From NCBI GenBank assembly GCA_028023455.1, contig JAQFVV010000006.1:5828001-5892000 (forward strand): DNA of 64,000 nucleotides, given 5' to 3'. The notes under the pieces are model-generated. The model did not search any database. It saw nothing but the letters and a program-made list of their open reading frames with translations, and was not told where the DNA came from. A program made the translations under genes and the position numbers. This stretch comes from Epiperipatus broadwayi. Lineage: Eukaryota; Animalia; Onychophora. Numbering within the stretch: position 1 is the stretch's first letter; each line of letters opens with the position of its first letter. Shown one piece after another: positions 14,180-27,149 of the stretch.

Positions 14180-14662
14180 GTTTCCAAACAGTTATAAAAA
14201 GTAAAACACTAAGGTATAAATTACTCTAATTAAAAAAGTGAAAAGGTGGATAATAGAATAGAAAGAAGATTGGAATTCAGGAACACATATTATTGCTGGG
14301 GAAAATACATCAATGACATTGAATATTATTTTAGATATGTGTTTACTAAATTTCCTCATACATGTAATAAATGCACACACAGACAAGATAAACACACCTG
14401 GGTAAAAAACAAACAGGTATTACTGTTATCATTGAAATAATGGACATACTGTTAGAGGAATGATTAATATATGGATAATTGAAGTTTTAAATTGGTTATC
14501 AATAGAAAGAGACTATATGTCAGGTGGACAGATAAAATAAAGAAGATTGCTAGAGTGATGGAGAGAAGAGAAACTACGGATCACAAAAACTAGATTAAAT
14601 TTGGAGATCTTTATCCTGCAGTGAAGCAAGAATGTCTAAATATGATGATGATGATGATGAAA
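14180..14662 (+). mobile_element. Degenerate RTE-like LINE 3' end with (GAT)n tail
   Basis: RQDKHTWVKNK and VRWTDKIKKIA-like remnants; ends in gatgatgatgatgat. Confidence 0.6.
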
Positions 14663-14750
14663 CACAAGTACATATAAACATGATAAAGTACAGTCTCTTT
14701 TTATTCAGTTGTTTTTAAAGACATATATATATATTAACTACCATAAATAG

Positions 14751-15212
14751 AAATGTAGGGGATTTGAACACAGTCTTCCAAACCCCTTCACTATCCACAC
14801 TATCTCATACTACTGATACACATGACCACACACATGCAGAAAAATAAATATCCATCAATATACGTATTTCATGCTAAACTAGCACTCATCAGTTAATCCA
14901 GATTATCATCTCCCATACATATATATAATCAGTACTCAGTTTTCAATGGTATGGATGGCTGAAGATTGGAGTAGATTGAAGCCTCTCCATTAAAGTGTAA
15001 GGATTTGCTATCTTAATTAAACTGAGCACTGATTAGATATATGTATGGAAGATGGTAATCTGTACTAACTGATGAGTTCTGGTTTAGCACGAATTACAGA
15101 TGTTCGTGATTATTTATCTTTTCTGAATGTGTGTGGTTATGTGAATCATTAGTATGAGATAGTGTGGCTAGTGAAGGGATTTGGAAGTCTATGTTCAAAT
15201 CCCCTATATTTA
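14751..15212. repeat. Fold-back of family HH-F
   Basis: ~190-bp inverted arms; minus core CTGATGA GTGCT agttt AGCAT GAAA TACGTA T; plus core at ~15069. Confidence 0.8.
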
Positions 15213-16419
15213 CAATTAGGCTCCAGGTTTAAGAATGCCTGCAATTTCAAATCCTACCATAAATATATATAATTGTGAAATACAATATTCCAGCGCATAT
15301 TATCATATTTACATTACTAACAATATACTTATTTCGTACTATAAACAAAACCAAAATATAATTATTTGTATATATATCAAAACAGAATCACAAATTAAAA
15401 TCACTTATTACTAACATACCAACCTAATGGGGAGCCATTTTCACTTTAGGAAAATTACTGATTAACCAATCAAAAATTAATTATAAAATATTAAATGAAT
15501 AAATATTAATTCAAAATAAATATAAAAAATATAAATTAAATATAAACTTAAAATTGAAAGTTAAAAAATAAAAATGAGTAGTTAACAAACAGGGACAATT
15601 AACGGTACTGAAAAAATATGTCAGACATCTGAACAAGAGAGATAAAACCAAAACAAATCCAGGAAAACCAGGATGTACACACACCCTATATATAAGTTTA
15701 TGTATGATTGTTACTATCGTAAGTGATTTTTCAACAGTTGTTTAATCTGTACGACATTATTGATTGGTTTGCCAAATTTTCATGACAACCAGACTTTAAT
15801 CTTTTAGATAAGTTCCAATTTTTTAAATTGGCCATGAAATTTTTGAATAATTTTTATTGTGCATATATATGAAACAGTATCACTTTTCTCATCCCTTATC
15901 TGCTTTCTTTATTTTGAAATCAGTGTCATATTAATATTATCTTTTTAGATCCATTTATTTAATGCTATCTTTTTTCATTGCTGGCTTTGACAAATTATAG
16001 TCACAATGTGATGTTTTATCTCAGTAGCTAGCTTTTTAAAAAAATAATTTAAAATGACGTATAACATTATTATTGCATAGATTAAATACTTTTGTGGAAT
16101 TATTATGAAGTAAACAAAGTGCGGAATCATTTCCATGTAAATAACTTGAAATATTTTAGCAATGGTGTTGCTATGAAAACTATTAATCGCTGCTGATAGT
16201 CCGAAAACTAACCCCCTTTCATTCTAGTAACCATTAATATCTTTCTCTATATACTCGAGTAAAAGTAATTTATCCTTAGGACTACCACCAGTGGTAAATG
16301 AACATCTTTCTCTAGCAACCTAACTGCAAAACATATTTCGAGTTATTTATGTGAAAAAAAAACCCACACCTTACTTTGTTTACATTATTTTTGCATTTTT
16401 ATATATATATATATTACAG

Positions 16420-16690
16420 CAGGGTTCAGCAACCTATGGCATGCTTGCCAAGCATGGTACACAGATGTAAAACCAGTTCTGTTATCATGGTGTTCTTTTT
16501 TTTAAAATAACTATAGATACCTCTATCCTATGGCTGGAATTAAATATAAATCAATAAGATTTTACATGGCTCTGCCGAAACACATATATGTAAACTGGTG
16601 TCATGTGACATTTTATTGGTTTATACTAAATTCTGGCCACAGGATAAAGATGCTTCTGGTTGTCAAAAAAACTATGAATACCATAATATA
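16420..16690. mobile_element. Possible degenerate hAT MITE
   Basis: Starts cagggttcagcaacctatggca. The right end is degenerate and no clear TSD is visible. Confidence 0.35.
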
Positions 16691-18018
16691 TAGAAACTGA
16701 ACTGCTTTCTGATCTATATGACTATACAAGAAAATTAGCTAAGATAGAAAACATTTATATGTTTTTCAGTTTGGGGTAATAGCTTGATAGTAAAAAAAGA
16801 GGTAAATGGTGGCTGCTAGAAGAAAGGTGCATTTAAATACTAAAAATCCAGATGCACTGGTTCTAGATTCAAAGCTCCTCACTGATGAAAGCCATAATAT
16901 TGAAAAAAATCTGGTGATATTGGATAAAATAGGAGAGGATACATATGGATTTATTAAGCACTATCATCTGCCATCTGTTAATTCCTAAAATTGAAGGTAG
17001 GTGGCATGTAAGTAGTAAAAAAACACAAGTAATTTTTAAGAATTTATTAGCAAACCCATCCATCATATTAATCTCCAACAGATAACCATACTACCCCCCC
17101 CCCACTGGAATAATATTTTAGATTAACTTAAACCCCTTTCGAGTGAATTCAAACTTCATACAATATTTTAAAAAGAAAAATATAAGTCTTTTAAATAAAA
17201 TTTAAAAGACTTTTTTATACGAAGAACATTTGTCTGAAGGTTTTTTGTAGTTTTATGTATTAAAATTGTCAGCTGTTTTTAGGAAAATTCAAACATCATT
17301 TATATGTTTGGCTCATTTTAGATATAATTTTTCATATTGTCTAAAATTTGAATTAATATGAGTGCATTGTGGGTACTTAAAATCCATAAAGCTTGATTTT
17401 AAAAAAAAATAGTTAATTTAATTTGGTGGAAATAGTTCACATTTTTATAAGGGAAAAATATTTTAATATTGAACTTATTTTATTTCATGTAACCAAAATT
17501 ATTCACATGTGTGCGCTCATATGTGTTGGTTATATAAAATGGAGGGCATAGCTGAAGGAAGCTTAAAAGACTGTATTCCAATCCCCTTTAATTTCATGTA
17601 ACAAACGAATCTGAATACATTACTAAGACAATTCATAAGCAAGATCCCTAAAGAATCTTAAAAATAAAGGCTCACTTTTTGTTAAATCAATGCCAATCTA
17701 TGTCGGATAACAGATCATCTTTTATCTGACAAAACAGATTAGCATTGATCTAATAAAAGATGGGTATTATTTATAGGTTTATATAAAAATGGTTATTTGA
17801 GGATTTTGCTTGTAAATTGTCTTAGTAAAATATGCAAACTCGTTTGTTCGGTGAAATAGGTTTCTACTCTTATGTAGCATTACATATTTGATAAGCCGCA
17901 AAATTATTTACATGCTCATTAAAATAATTAACAATATCAAATATATATATCATACTTTTTGCAAATAATAGGAGTGGAATGCTTTAAATTATAAATTCTG
18001 AATTGTGCCTTACATGTA

Positions 18019-18552
18019 TGAGGTGTGACAATTTAATTCCTGGAATGGCTGTGTGATGTCACCCATGACCTAATTGTATCAAAATCACATGAGAATTCAT
18101 GTTTGAACATGTTTAAGCTATCACATGTGTAAATTTTAAGCTGATAGAGTTAACTGTTACTTAGCTATCGAGAACATGATAAAAATCCATGTGTGCACTT
18201 TGGCATAAGTGGTTCATAATGTGCTCATTGTGAGAGACTTTTTGGTCAACAAATAACAATTACACAATTAGACCATCCTGTCTATTCATCTGTAATTTTT
18301 GATTATTTTCAAAATTAAAAATTGCCCTGAAAGGATGAAGATTTTGTACTATATCCAAAGAATGTAAGACGCTAGCTGCTCAACAATATTCCTGAAAATG
18401 ATTTCCAGGTGTGCTTCCAGAAATGATAATCCATTTTAATCAATGCATAGATGCATGAGGGGACTACTTTGAAGCCAACAGTAGCCACTAGTGTACACTT
18501 CCACATGTATATTTTATGAGGTGCATTCTGGAAATTAAAATGTCATACCTCG
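18019..18552 (+). mobile_element. Internally deleted mariner element
   Basis: TA-flanked TIRs (TA)TGAGGTGTGACAATTTAATTCCTGGAATG ... CATTCTGGAAATTAAAATGTCATACCTCG(TA). Transposase C-terminal remnant KLKIALKG..., NIPENDFQVCFQK, CIDA.GDYFE. Confidence 0.85.
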
Positions 18553-19619
18553 TATTTCAGTAAACAGTCATTTGTTTTTACCTATAATTTTTAATAGAGG
18601 TGCATTCTATTGGGTTTTTTTTTTATAATTACTGTTTATTCTCCCTGGTTTCTTGAGAAAAACAACAGATAAAAAGTGTGCTGTTATAGTCACATGTTAA
18701 AATCAAATTAACAAAAAAAAAACAGTTAAATAAGTATATCTAATTGGTATGTGACTATGTTTCTATTGTATAGTTCTTATTTTAGACAACCATTTTACTT
18801 AATTGGCAATTTTCATTTTTTCCTACAGAGTAACAACTGTCAACTATAATTGATAACTTTTTAAATACTTTTTATAATTTAGAAATTCTATTTGCTTGTT
18901 TGGATCAAATCTTGTAACTGATTTTTAACTTATTTATATTAAACAGATTTTCTTTAAAGTTTATACATATGTTGCTGATTAGCGACAATGTAATATTTCC
19001 AGTCTTGTCCAGTCATTTGTCCAATCTAACAGATGGCAGGCTAAATTTCAAACCACATTGATATCAGTTCAATAAAATTTCAGTGGTGCCCACTAGAGAG
19101 CAGTATATATTTTTAAAATAAGCAGTCACTGAATTTAATGTAAATAAAAGATAAATAAATGAAGAACGAAACCTTAATTTCTCTTGATTGTTTAACTAAA
19201 CTTTGCTTTTTTAAAAATGCTGCTGTCGTAAACACAATAATCTTGTAAACAATTAACATATTTATCTTTAATACTGGAAATATATTGACATAGCATAGAT
19301 TATTAGTTTTTAAATTTGAATTCAAAAAGTCTGTTGTGAAATATCTGAATACTAAAAAACAAAAAATAATATACTTAAAGAATATTTTATAAAAAAAACA
19401 ATTTTAAATAATTTGATGATTGCTAAAGACTAAAAAATAATTTGTCCCTTCAATCATGAAATGTGAAATAAAAATGTGGGATATCCATAAATAATAATTA
19501 ATTCATGAATGCTCCATGTATTTATTTCAATTTACACATAATAACCAAAATTGTGGGCAAATTAATTAATTTATGAAAGCCCTGTGCTTTTATTTCAAAT
19601 TACATATAACAGCCAAAAT

Positions 19620-19930
19620 TGTGATGTGATGTACTGTAGCTTCTCCTTAAATGGAATCAAGAATCTCTTAACAATTATGCCCAGAGAAACCTGTTAGCCA
19701 CTTTATTTTCCATTCTCCAATCTAAGTTTTCCCATATTCTGCTCCATCCCATTTCCACAACATAATCTTTATCAACTCTATGGCCTTTATTTCTAAATCC
19801 CCCTTATCTTTTCCCAAACTCAGCATAAAAACCCATAATCCACTTTCTGGATATTCACTTTTTTTCATATTTATTTTTCCATATCTTCATTATATGTGCC
19901 CCTTCTGTTTTCAAGCATTTACATTCAATT
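19620..19930 (-). mobile_element. Short 5'-truncated copy of the same LINE (3' end and tail)
   Basis: The reverse complement matches 26750-27053 (ataaaggccatagagttga..., aaataaagtggctaacagg..., ttaaggagaagc) and ends in tacatcacatcac. Confidence 0.85.
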
Positions 19931-20019
19931 AGCCAACTCTCATAGAGTAGTGCCATATAATGCAGGCTACAGTTATCAGTAAATGTTGTAATTCTGTTTA
20001 TGAAATTGCTGTCTAATGC

Positions 20020-20260
20020 CTATTCATCCCATGTCCCCAGAATAGTTCCTAGCTTGTGGTTTTCATCAGTGAGGAGCCTTGGATCTGAGAATACTGCACC
20101 TAGATCTTAGGATTTGTGGATATTTGATGAGTAGGCATAGATAGGGATTTCATGCAGATATCTTACAGCATCCATTGGTTACTGTAGCTTTCACTGGGTG
20201 GCACTAGTGTATGGAGAGTTGACTGTTATTTTAACAGCTCATGTAAGCATAGGAAATGGT
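20020..20260. repeat. HH-A fold-back (degenerate)
   Basis: Minus core ...ctagcttgtggttttcatcagtgaggag, then a plus-strand tail. Confidence 0.7.
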
Positions 20261-20714
20261 GACTTGTGATGAACAACACAATATTGTGATTGAAGAAAAA
20301 TATACATATTTTGATGTTTAATATATTACTGATCACTCCAAATAAAAGTATTTTTATATATTTCTTATATATATATTATTAAAAACTATTTAATTTATTA
20401 GTCTTATAATGAATGTATGACACTTATCTGAAAGCTAATGAAAATCTTGTAAAAGAAAAAAAAAATTAATTGCTTAATTTCTCAAAATATTATCAGAAAA
20501 AAGAAGAGGAGGAAAAAAATAAATATGCATTTTCTTGTGAGATAAAGATGGAAAATAATCTGTATTTTTTTATTATTATAGAAAGATGTAATAATATTGA
20601 GTATTTAATATGCAGAAGATATTGTAAATGTATAATCAGTTGACACTAAAATTAATAGTTGTTTGCATCTAATATTTTGTTAAATATTAATTTGCATATG
20701 TATGTGTTAAGGGT

Positions 20715-20855
20715 CATCATCATCATTGTCAATCATTATCGATCCACTTCAGACAGATGGTTTCTCCAATTTGAATTCACCTTCTCCATTCTCTAGACTC
20801 TCTTCACAGCATCCCAGCATATTTCCTTATTTCATCATCTCACATGTGGTCTTAG
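20715..20855 (-). mobile_element. RTE-like 3' end fragment
   Basis: RPHVR*DEIRKYAG...GETICLKW-like remnant with a gatgatg tail. Confidence 0.55.
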
Positions 20856-21579
20856 ATTTACTATAGAATTATTACTATTTGTCCTCTAAATCCTGCAAAG
20901 CTAAAATAGTGGAGAGATGAACATGAAAGTTGAAAGATTCTGGATCAAAACTCAATCTATCATCTCTACTGCTCATATGTCATGTGACTTCCCAAGCTAT
21001 CATGTACTTAATTATTAAATCAGCAAGCTATTTAATCAACAATGGTGATAAAAATGTGCATCTATATGATGTTTTTGAAATGTTATTTGTAAATAAATAT
21101 CTATGATGGCCAAGAGCTTTTAATAGTTTAAAGGTTTTAAAGTAGTGATAAAAAATTCTGAAGAAGGCTGCTTGGCAGTCGGAATTGTCATCTACTTTAA
21201 AAGACAAAACTATATATTACAATGTGAGTATGCATAGGCATTGGCCTAAATGGTGCTATAAGAAATTAGATTAAGGTTTTTAGCTAATTGCATAACATGA
21301 TCTTATAATTGGTTATTTCTTACCACCTTTGTGATACAATTTATTTTATTTTGAAAATTGGAACCACGTTTAAACTTTAATATTGTTTTTACACCAATAA
21401 AATGTAAAACTTATAAATGAAAATAATAATAATGTTAAAGAAAATGGCAAAATGCATATATATGTGAGATTAGAATAGATGGACTATTTCTTCTGATTCC
21501 AACACATGCCACAGGCATGACAGTCACTTACACTTCTGTTATATGAATTACACAGATAAAATAGAATAAATCATCTGAT

Positions 21580-22100
21580 GATTATTGTAGGTGGCTCTGC
21601 AATAGAGTAAATAGAAAGGATTATTCCTTCTAATGCAGATGGGTGAAAGTAAGCAGAGAAGGTAATGTAAAACCTATAATAGAGGACTCTGCAGTAAAGT
21701 AGAGTGAATTATCTGAAACTTGTAGGTGGCTCTGCAATAGAGTAAGTAAGCAGAGAAAGTTATGTGATACTTCTAATAGATGGCTCTGCAGTAGATTAAG
21801 TAGACTGAATTACACAATGCTTATTGTAGGAGGCTCTGCAATAGAGTACGTAATAATAATTATTATTCCAATACAAAAGGGTGAAAGTAAGCAAAGAAAA
21901 ATCATGTGAAACTCATAATAGGTGGCTCTGCAGTAGAGTAAGTAAAGTAAATTACTGCTCCTAATGCAAATGTTTAAGGTAAGTTGAAAAAACCATGTGA
22001 TGCCTACAATAAGTGAATCTGTAATAGAGTGAATAGAACAATTTATTGACACTAATGCTGATGGTGAAAGCAAACAGAGAAAGTCATGAGATGCATAAGA
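21580..22100. repeat. Same minisatellite family in the opposite orientation
   Basis: taggtggctctgcagtagagtaa is the reverse complement of the 49 kb unit. Confidence 0.8.
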
Positions 22101-22409
22101 GAAAGTAAAAGTAGGGAGAAATTACTGTCAATTATCATTAAGTGTCATTATGGAATCGGTTGGCCCTGCATGATGGGTTCAATGATGAAAGTGACATGAC
22201 CCTTTTCAAGCAGTGAGAGTTACTTATTCCAATTATAATTTTTATTTCTAAGAGACCATTAAACATCACATCATCATCTTTTCTATGCTTACTCAAGTTG
22301 TTGAAACAGTAGCATTTCCCCATGCAAGTGTATGTTATATCCGCAAGAATGTCTGTGCAGTCAGCAAATAACTATATTTCTACAGTTCGCTAAAGTTCAA
22401 TTCCCACGC

Positions 22410-22800
22410 TGTTCTCTTGCAACGAATACTCTCCAATGAATGCTCTGAATACACTCTGTATTCTCTGGCAACAAATGCCCTGCAATGAATGCTCTGCAAA
22501 GGATGCTCTCCAATGAATGGTCTGCAATGAATGCTCTGCAATGGATGCTCTGCAAACGGATGCTCTCCAATGAATGGTCTGCAACGAATGCTCTCCAATG
22601 AATGCTCTGCAATGGATGCTCTGCAAATGGATGCTCTCCAATGAATGGTCTGCAATGAATGGTCTGCAACGAATGCTCTGCAATGGATGCTCTGCAAACG
22701 GATGCTCTCCAACAAATGGTCTGTAATGAATGGTCTGCAACGAATGGTCTGCAACGGATGCCCTGCAGATGGATGCTCTCCAATGAATGCTCTACAATAT
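22410..22800. repeat. Minisatellite of ~14-15 nt subunits (tgcaatgaatgctc / tgcaaacggatgctc / ccaatgaatggtc)
   Basis: Directly visible tandem periodicity, which produces spurious multi-frame ORFs. Confidence 0.9.
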
Positions 22801-23254
22801 CTCTGCTGCGGTCTCCCCATCTCTGTGGGCTCTTTCAGCTACACCCGTGGACTACATTTCCACTGGGCACTGATCATTTACTGCTGGCACTGATGCGAGA
22901 TATCTCTACTGCAGTTGTATTCCAATCACTGCCTACTCAAATACTGCCCTGCGTAGTTGTTACCCAGTCTTCTTATCACTTCCTGATAACTGCAACAATT
23001 AATACACCATCCAATAAGGTATCATCTCTTATCCAGAAATATTTGCAATCAGCAAATATCCCTTGGAATTGTCAATCACCATTATGTCAATGGCTTAATT
23101 AAATTCCACAGTTATCAGCGTGCGATCTAAAACAACCTCTCGAATAAATTCTAGTTTTTTCTGGAGTGCACAAACATGTTTGCCATTTTTACAAAACACT
23201 ACAAGTGCTAATTCTAGTAATGAATATTGTCAGCAGGTTGTGCATCCTAATTCC

Positions 23255-23600
23255 AATCCAGTGTCTAATCCAATATCCCCAGACTGGATTCAGATCTATA
23301 TAACTATGCATGTGAATTAATTTGGATGAAAAACATTCCTGAATTTTCAGTTTGGGCTAATAACTTTGTAGTTAATCAAAAAGGTAAAAGGTGGGTGGTG
23401 GAGGGATGCATTAGATCCAAAGATCCAGGTGTGCTGCTCACAAATACACACAAGACCCCTCACTGATGAAAGTGATAAGCTAGAAACTCATCTACAGAAA
23501 TTGAAAAGGCAGGCACTAGATAGGAAATTATGATGCACAATCTTTTGTCATCTATTGATTATTAGAGCTTACAATAGGTGGCACTATTGTGTGGAAATTT
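23255..23600. repeat. Degenerate HH-A copy abutting the LINE 5' end
   Basis: cctcactgatgaaagtgataagctagaaactcatc at ~23463. Confidence 0.65.
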
Positions 23601-23607
23601 TCTAATA

Positions 23608-26600
23608 AGATTAATGGTAAGATAGTTTGTTATAAACATAATGGAGAAGAAAGAATTAAAAAAATTTATAAAAGAGTAGTTAGGAAAGAAGAAATTGTTA
23701 AAATTGCGTTTTTGAATATGCAAGGTGGTAGGAGACCAAAAAAGTGGCTGGAATTAAATAAATAAATTGAAAATGAAGAGCTTAAGGTATTAGCAGTAGT
23801 GGAAACTCATCTAAGAGAAGAAGAAGAACCTATTTTGGAAGAGGTGGTATGGCATGGTATAAACAGAAAAGAAAAAGAAGAAAGGGGTGGTGGTATAGGC
23901 GTTATATTGAAAAAATATTTAAATATTTTTAAATGTCAAGAGCATTTGTGGTTTGAAATAAGGTTGGGTAGACAAGAATGGATGGTTGCTGTAGTGTATA
24001 TAGCCACTGGAGATAGTCAAACTGTAATGGAGTGGAACAGTAGTATATATGAATGCCTAGTTAAGGATATACAGAGTTTTAAAGAAAAGGGGAAGAGAAT
24101 AAGGGTTATAGGGGATATGAATAGATATATTGAAGAAATTGATGATATAGATAATAAGAATGGTCAGTTTTTGAAGGAATTTTGTCAAAGAGTAAATTTG
24201 AGCATTGGGAATTTATCAAATATGTATGAGGGACAATACACATGGTCTAGGATTGGTAGAGAAAGAGGGAATGAATAAAATACGGAAAATTAAGGTGTTT
24301 GATAATGAAGAGAGAGTATGTAATAGTGATTATAACTTTATTGTAATAGAAATGGTTAGTAATGTAATGGAGGATAGAAATAAAGGTAGAAACAATAATG
24401 AAAGATGTGATGGAGAGTGAATGATAAGAATGATAAGAATAAGTTGGAAGAGTATAAAATAAAAGTTGAAGATACCATGGAGCAGTTGTTTTGGGATGAA
24501 TATAAGGACTGGTGTGGTGAAATAGAAAAAGTGGCAAATAGGGTTTTAGTTGAGAATATGCAGAGGAATAAAAGTAATAAAAAATGAGAGTGCAGAGAAT
24601 ATAAGTGTGCTATTAAGAACAAAGAAAGGGAAAATGATATTAATGCTAAATGGGGAAAGTACTTAGAAAAGAAGAAGTTGGCTAAAATGGATAATTATAG
24701 AGAGAGGATGAAGTTAAATAGTAAATTGTGAGAGGATATTAATAAAATGGAAGAGATGGGAGTAAAACATTTTGGAATTACATTAAAAGGAAAAATGTAG
24801 GGAAAAGAGAGATAGTATTATTATATGATGAGGGAATAGAGTGTAGCTCTAGAGAAGAGGTAGAGAGAATCTTAAATAGATATGTAATGGATATAGAAAA
24901 AATGTTAGATGTGAAGGAATTGGTGATAGAAAACATGAAAGCAGGTAGTAATGGGAATATTAGGTTCACAAAAAATGAACTGAATGAGGCAGGGAAGAGA
25001 TTGAAAAGTAGAAAGGTGAGAGGTTTAGATGGATGGGGAGCAGATATGGTAATTAATTTAGGGCATAGAGCAAAAGCAAAGTTATTATCATGTTTTAATA
25101 AGATGGCACAGAAGAGAGTTTTTCTGGGTAGTTGGAGTAATACAAGAATAAGATTATTATTTAAAGGAAAGGGTAAGGATTATAGAAAGTTAAATAATTA
25201 TAGACAGATAGTGGTAGCATCAGTTTTATATAAAGTTTTCTCATATATGATAGCTGGAAGAGTTGTAAAATGGATGGAAGAGAATAATGTAGTGGGGGAA
25301 ATGCAAGGAGGTTTTAGGTCAGATAGGCATATAGAAGATAGTTTGTTTGTAGTTACACAACTTATGGAGATGAGTAGGAATTCAGGTAGATCATTATATA
25401 TGACTTTTATAGATATAGAGAAAGCATATGATAGAGTAAATAGAAATAGATTATGGGTAAGGTTGGCCAATTTGGGAATGGATGAAGCTTTAGTAAATAT
25501 TATTAAGAAATTATATGAAAATAATTATTATACTTACCAATTAGGGGATATAGAATCAGTTAAAGTTAAAAATGGAGTGGGATTAAGGCAAGGATGCCCT
25601 ATGTCACCGATTTTGTTTTTGTTGTTTTTGAGTGAAATGGAAAAAGCAATAGAAAGACTAGGAAGAGGGGTAGAGATACCATTAATAGGTGGCAAAGGAG
25701 TATATACTTTGTCGGGTCTTTTTTTTGCAGATGATATCTTTTTATGTGCAGAAAGAAGTGAAGATATGGATATTATGTTGAGGACATGTGCAAGGGTGGG
25801 TAAAAAGATGGGAATTAAATTTAGTGAAGAAAAATCAAATATAATGATGGTTAATACTGGGGAAAGAGAAGATGTAGAATTTTTATTGGGGGATATAAAG
25901 TTAAGTGTGGTGGATAGATATAGGTATTTGGGAATCATCTTATGTAATCAGGAAAATTGCTTGGATGAATGGGAGAAAAAATTGGTAAATGAAGCAAAGA
26001 AAAGATAGGGTTTGGTAAAGAAACTAACAGTATTTTTATATAATAAATATGATGTAGCTAGAATTGTATGGAAGGGAGTGGAAGTAGCAGGGTTAACATA
26101 TGGTAATGATGCATTATGTGTTAGTAAAAGGGTTTTAGATTATTTAGAGAAAGTACAAAGGGAAGTAGGAAGACATGCATTAGATGCAGAGATGTGGACA
26201 GCAAAGGAGGCAATTCAAGGAGAAATGGGATGGTCAAGTTTTTATATGAGAGATGCAAAAAGTAAAATGAAAATGTTTGGTAGGTTGCAGTTTATGGATA
26301 GTAAAAGAATAGCCAAAATAGTGTTTAATTGGGTTATGAGTAAAGGGCAGGTAACAAGATGGGTGAGAAAGGTAATGCGGTATGCAAAAGATTTGGATAA
26401 AGAATTTATATCAGTATACTTGTATAAAAGGTGGGATGATTGTGTTAGGAGGATTGTTGAGTGTTATAGTGGTAAGGAATGGGATAAAAGAATAGAAGCA
26501 TTAATAAAAATAGGGAGTTGGAGAGATGGAGAACTAGTATGGAGGGTAAGAAGAGTTTAAATATATATAGAAGTAAACAGAATATTGGATGCGAGTTAAT

Positions 26601-27053
26601 TTATGATAATAGTAAGGAAAGTAGTTTATTGTTTAAGGCTCGAACGGGATCTTTAGCAATAAGAGAATATACATGTAAATGGAAAACTATGGGTGATTTA
26701 GTGTGTAAATTGTGTAAGGAAGGTATAGAAAATATTAGGCATCTGTTGATTGAATGTAAATGCTTGAAAGCAGAAAGGGTACAGATAATGAAGTTATGGG
26801 AGAATAGATATGAACAAAGTGACTATACAGAAAGTGAGTTATTAGTTTTTATGCTGGGTTTGCGAACAGATAAGGGGGATTTAGATATAAAGGCCATAGA
26901 GTTGACAAAGATTATGTTGTGGAAATAGGATGGGGCAGAATATGGGAAGACTTAGACTGGGGAATGTAAAATAAAGTGGCTAACAGGTTTATCTGGGCAT
27001 AATTGCTGAGATATTCTTGACTTCGTTTAAGGAGAAGCCAAATACATCACATC
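23608..27053 (+). mobile_element. 5'-truncated, decayed non-LTR retrotransposon (APE endonuclease + RT + C-terminal CCHC finger); clade not determined
   Basis: Endonuclease motifs KIAFLNMQG, LAVVETHL, RGGGIGV, VIGDMN, SDYN. RT motifs GLRQGCPMSPILF and FFADDI. C-terminal CKLCKEGIENIRHLLIEC. Stops and frameshifts at ~24275, 26006 and ~26540. The 3' end has a (CATCA)n-type tail. Confidence 0.93.
24887..26928 (+). pseudogene. Disrupted LINE ORF2: RT domain (24887-26008), post-RT region (26012-26560) and CCHC region (26518-26928)
   Basis: ORF track peptides contain the RT domains (DIEKAYDRV, QGCPMSP, FADD, YRYLG). An in-frame TAG and then a frameshift split one original ORF. Confidence 0.9.
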
Positions 27054-27149
27054 TAATGTTTTAATTTTTATTCCTACCATCATCACACTAATACTCAGTT
27101 CAGACTAAATGTATAGAACTATTAAGTACTCAATCTATGATTGGTGTTT

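Noticed and set aside
22380-22893. Several overlapping Cys/His-rich ORFs resembling zinc fingers
   Set aside because: All frames are open because of a 14-15 nt minisatellite; there is no C2H2 spacing.
22900-23250. Possible degenerate LINE endonuclease on the minus strand (DGVLIVAV-like)
   Set aside because: A single weak motif with many stops; insufficient support.
24247-25938. Minus-strand ORFs (24247, 24356, 24778, 25198, 25534) and plus ORF 3489
   Set aside because: Antisense shadows of the purine-rich LINE coding strand.
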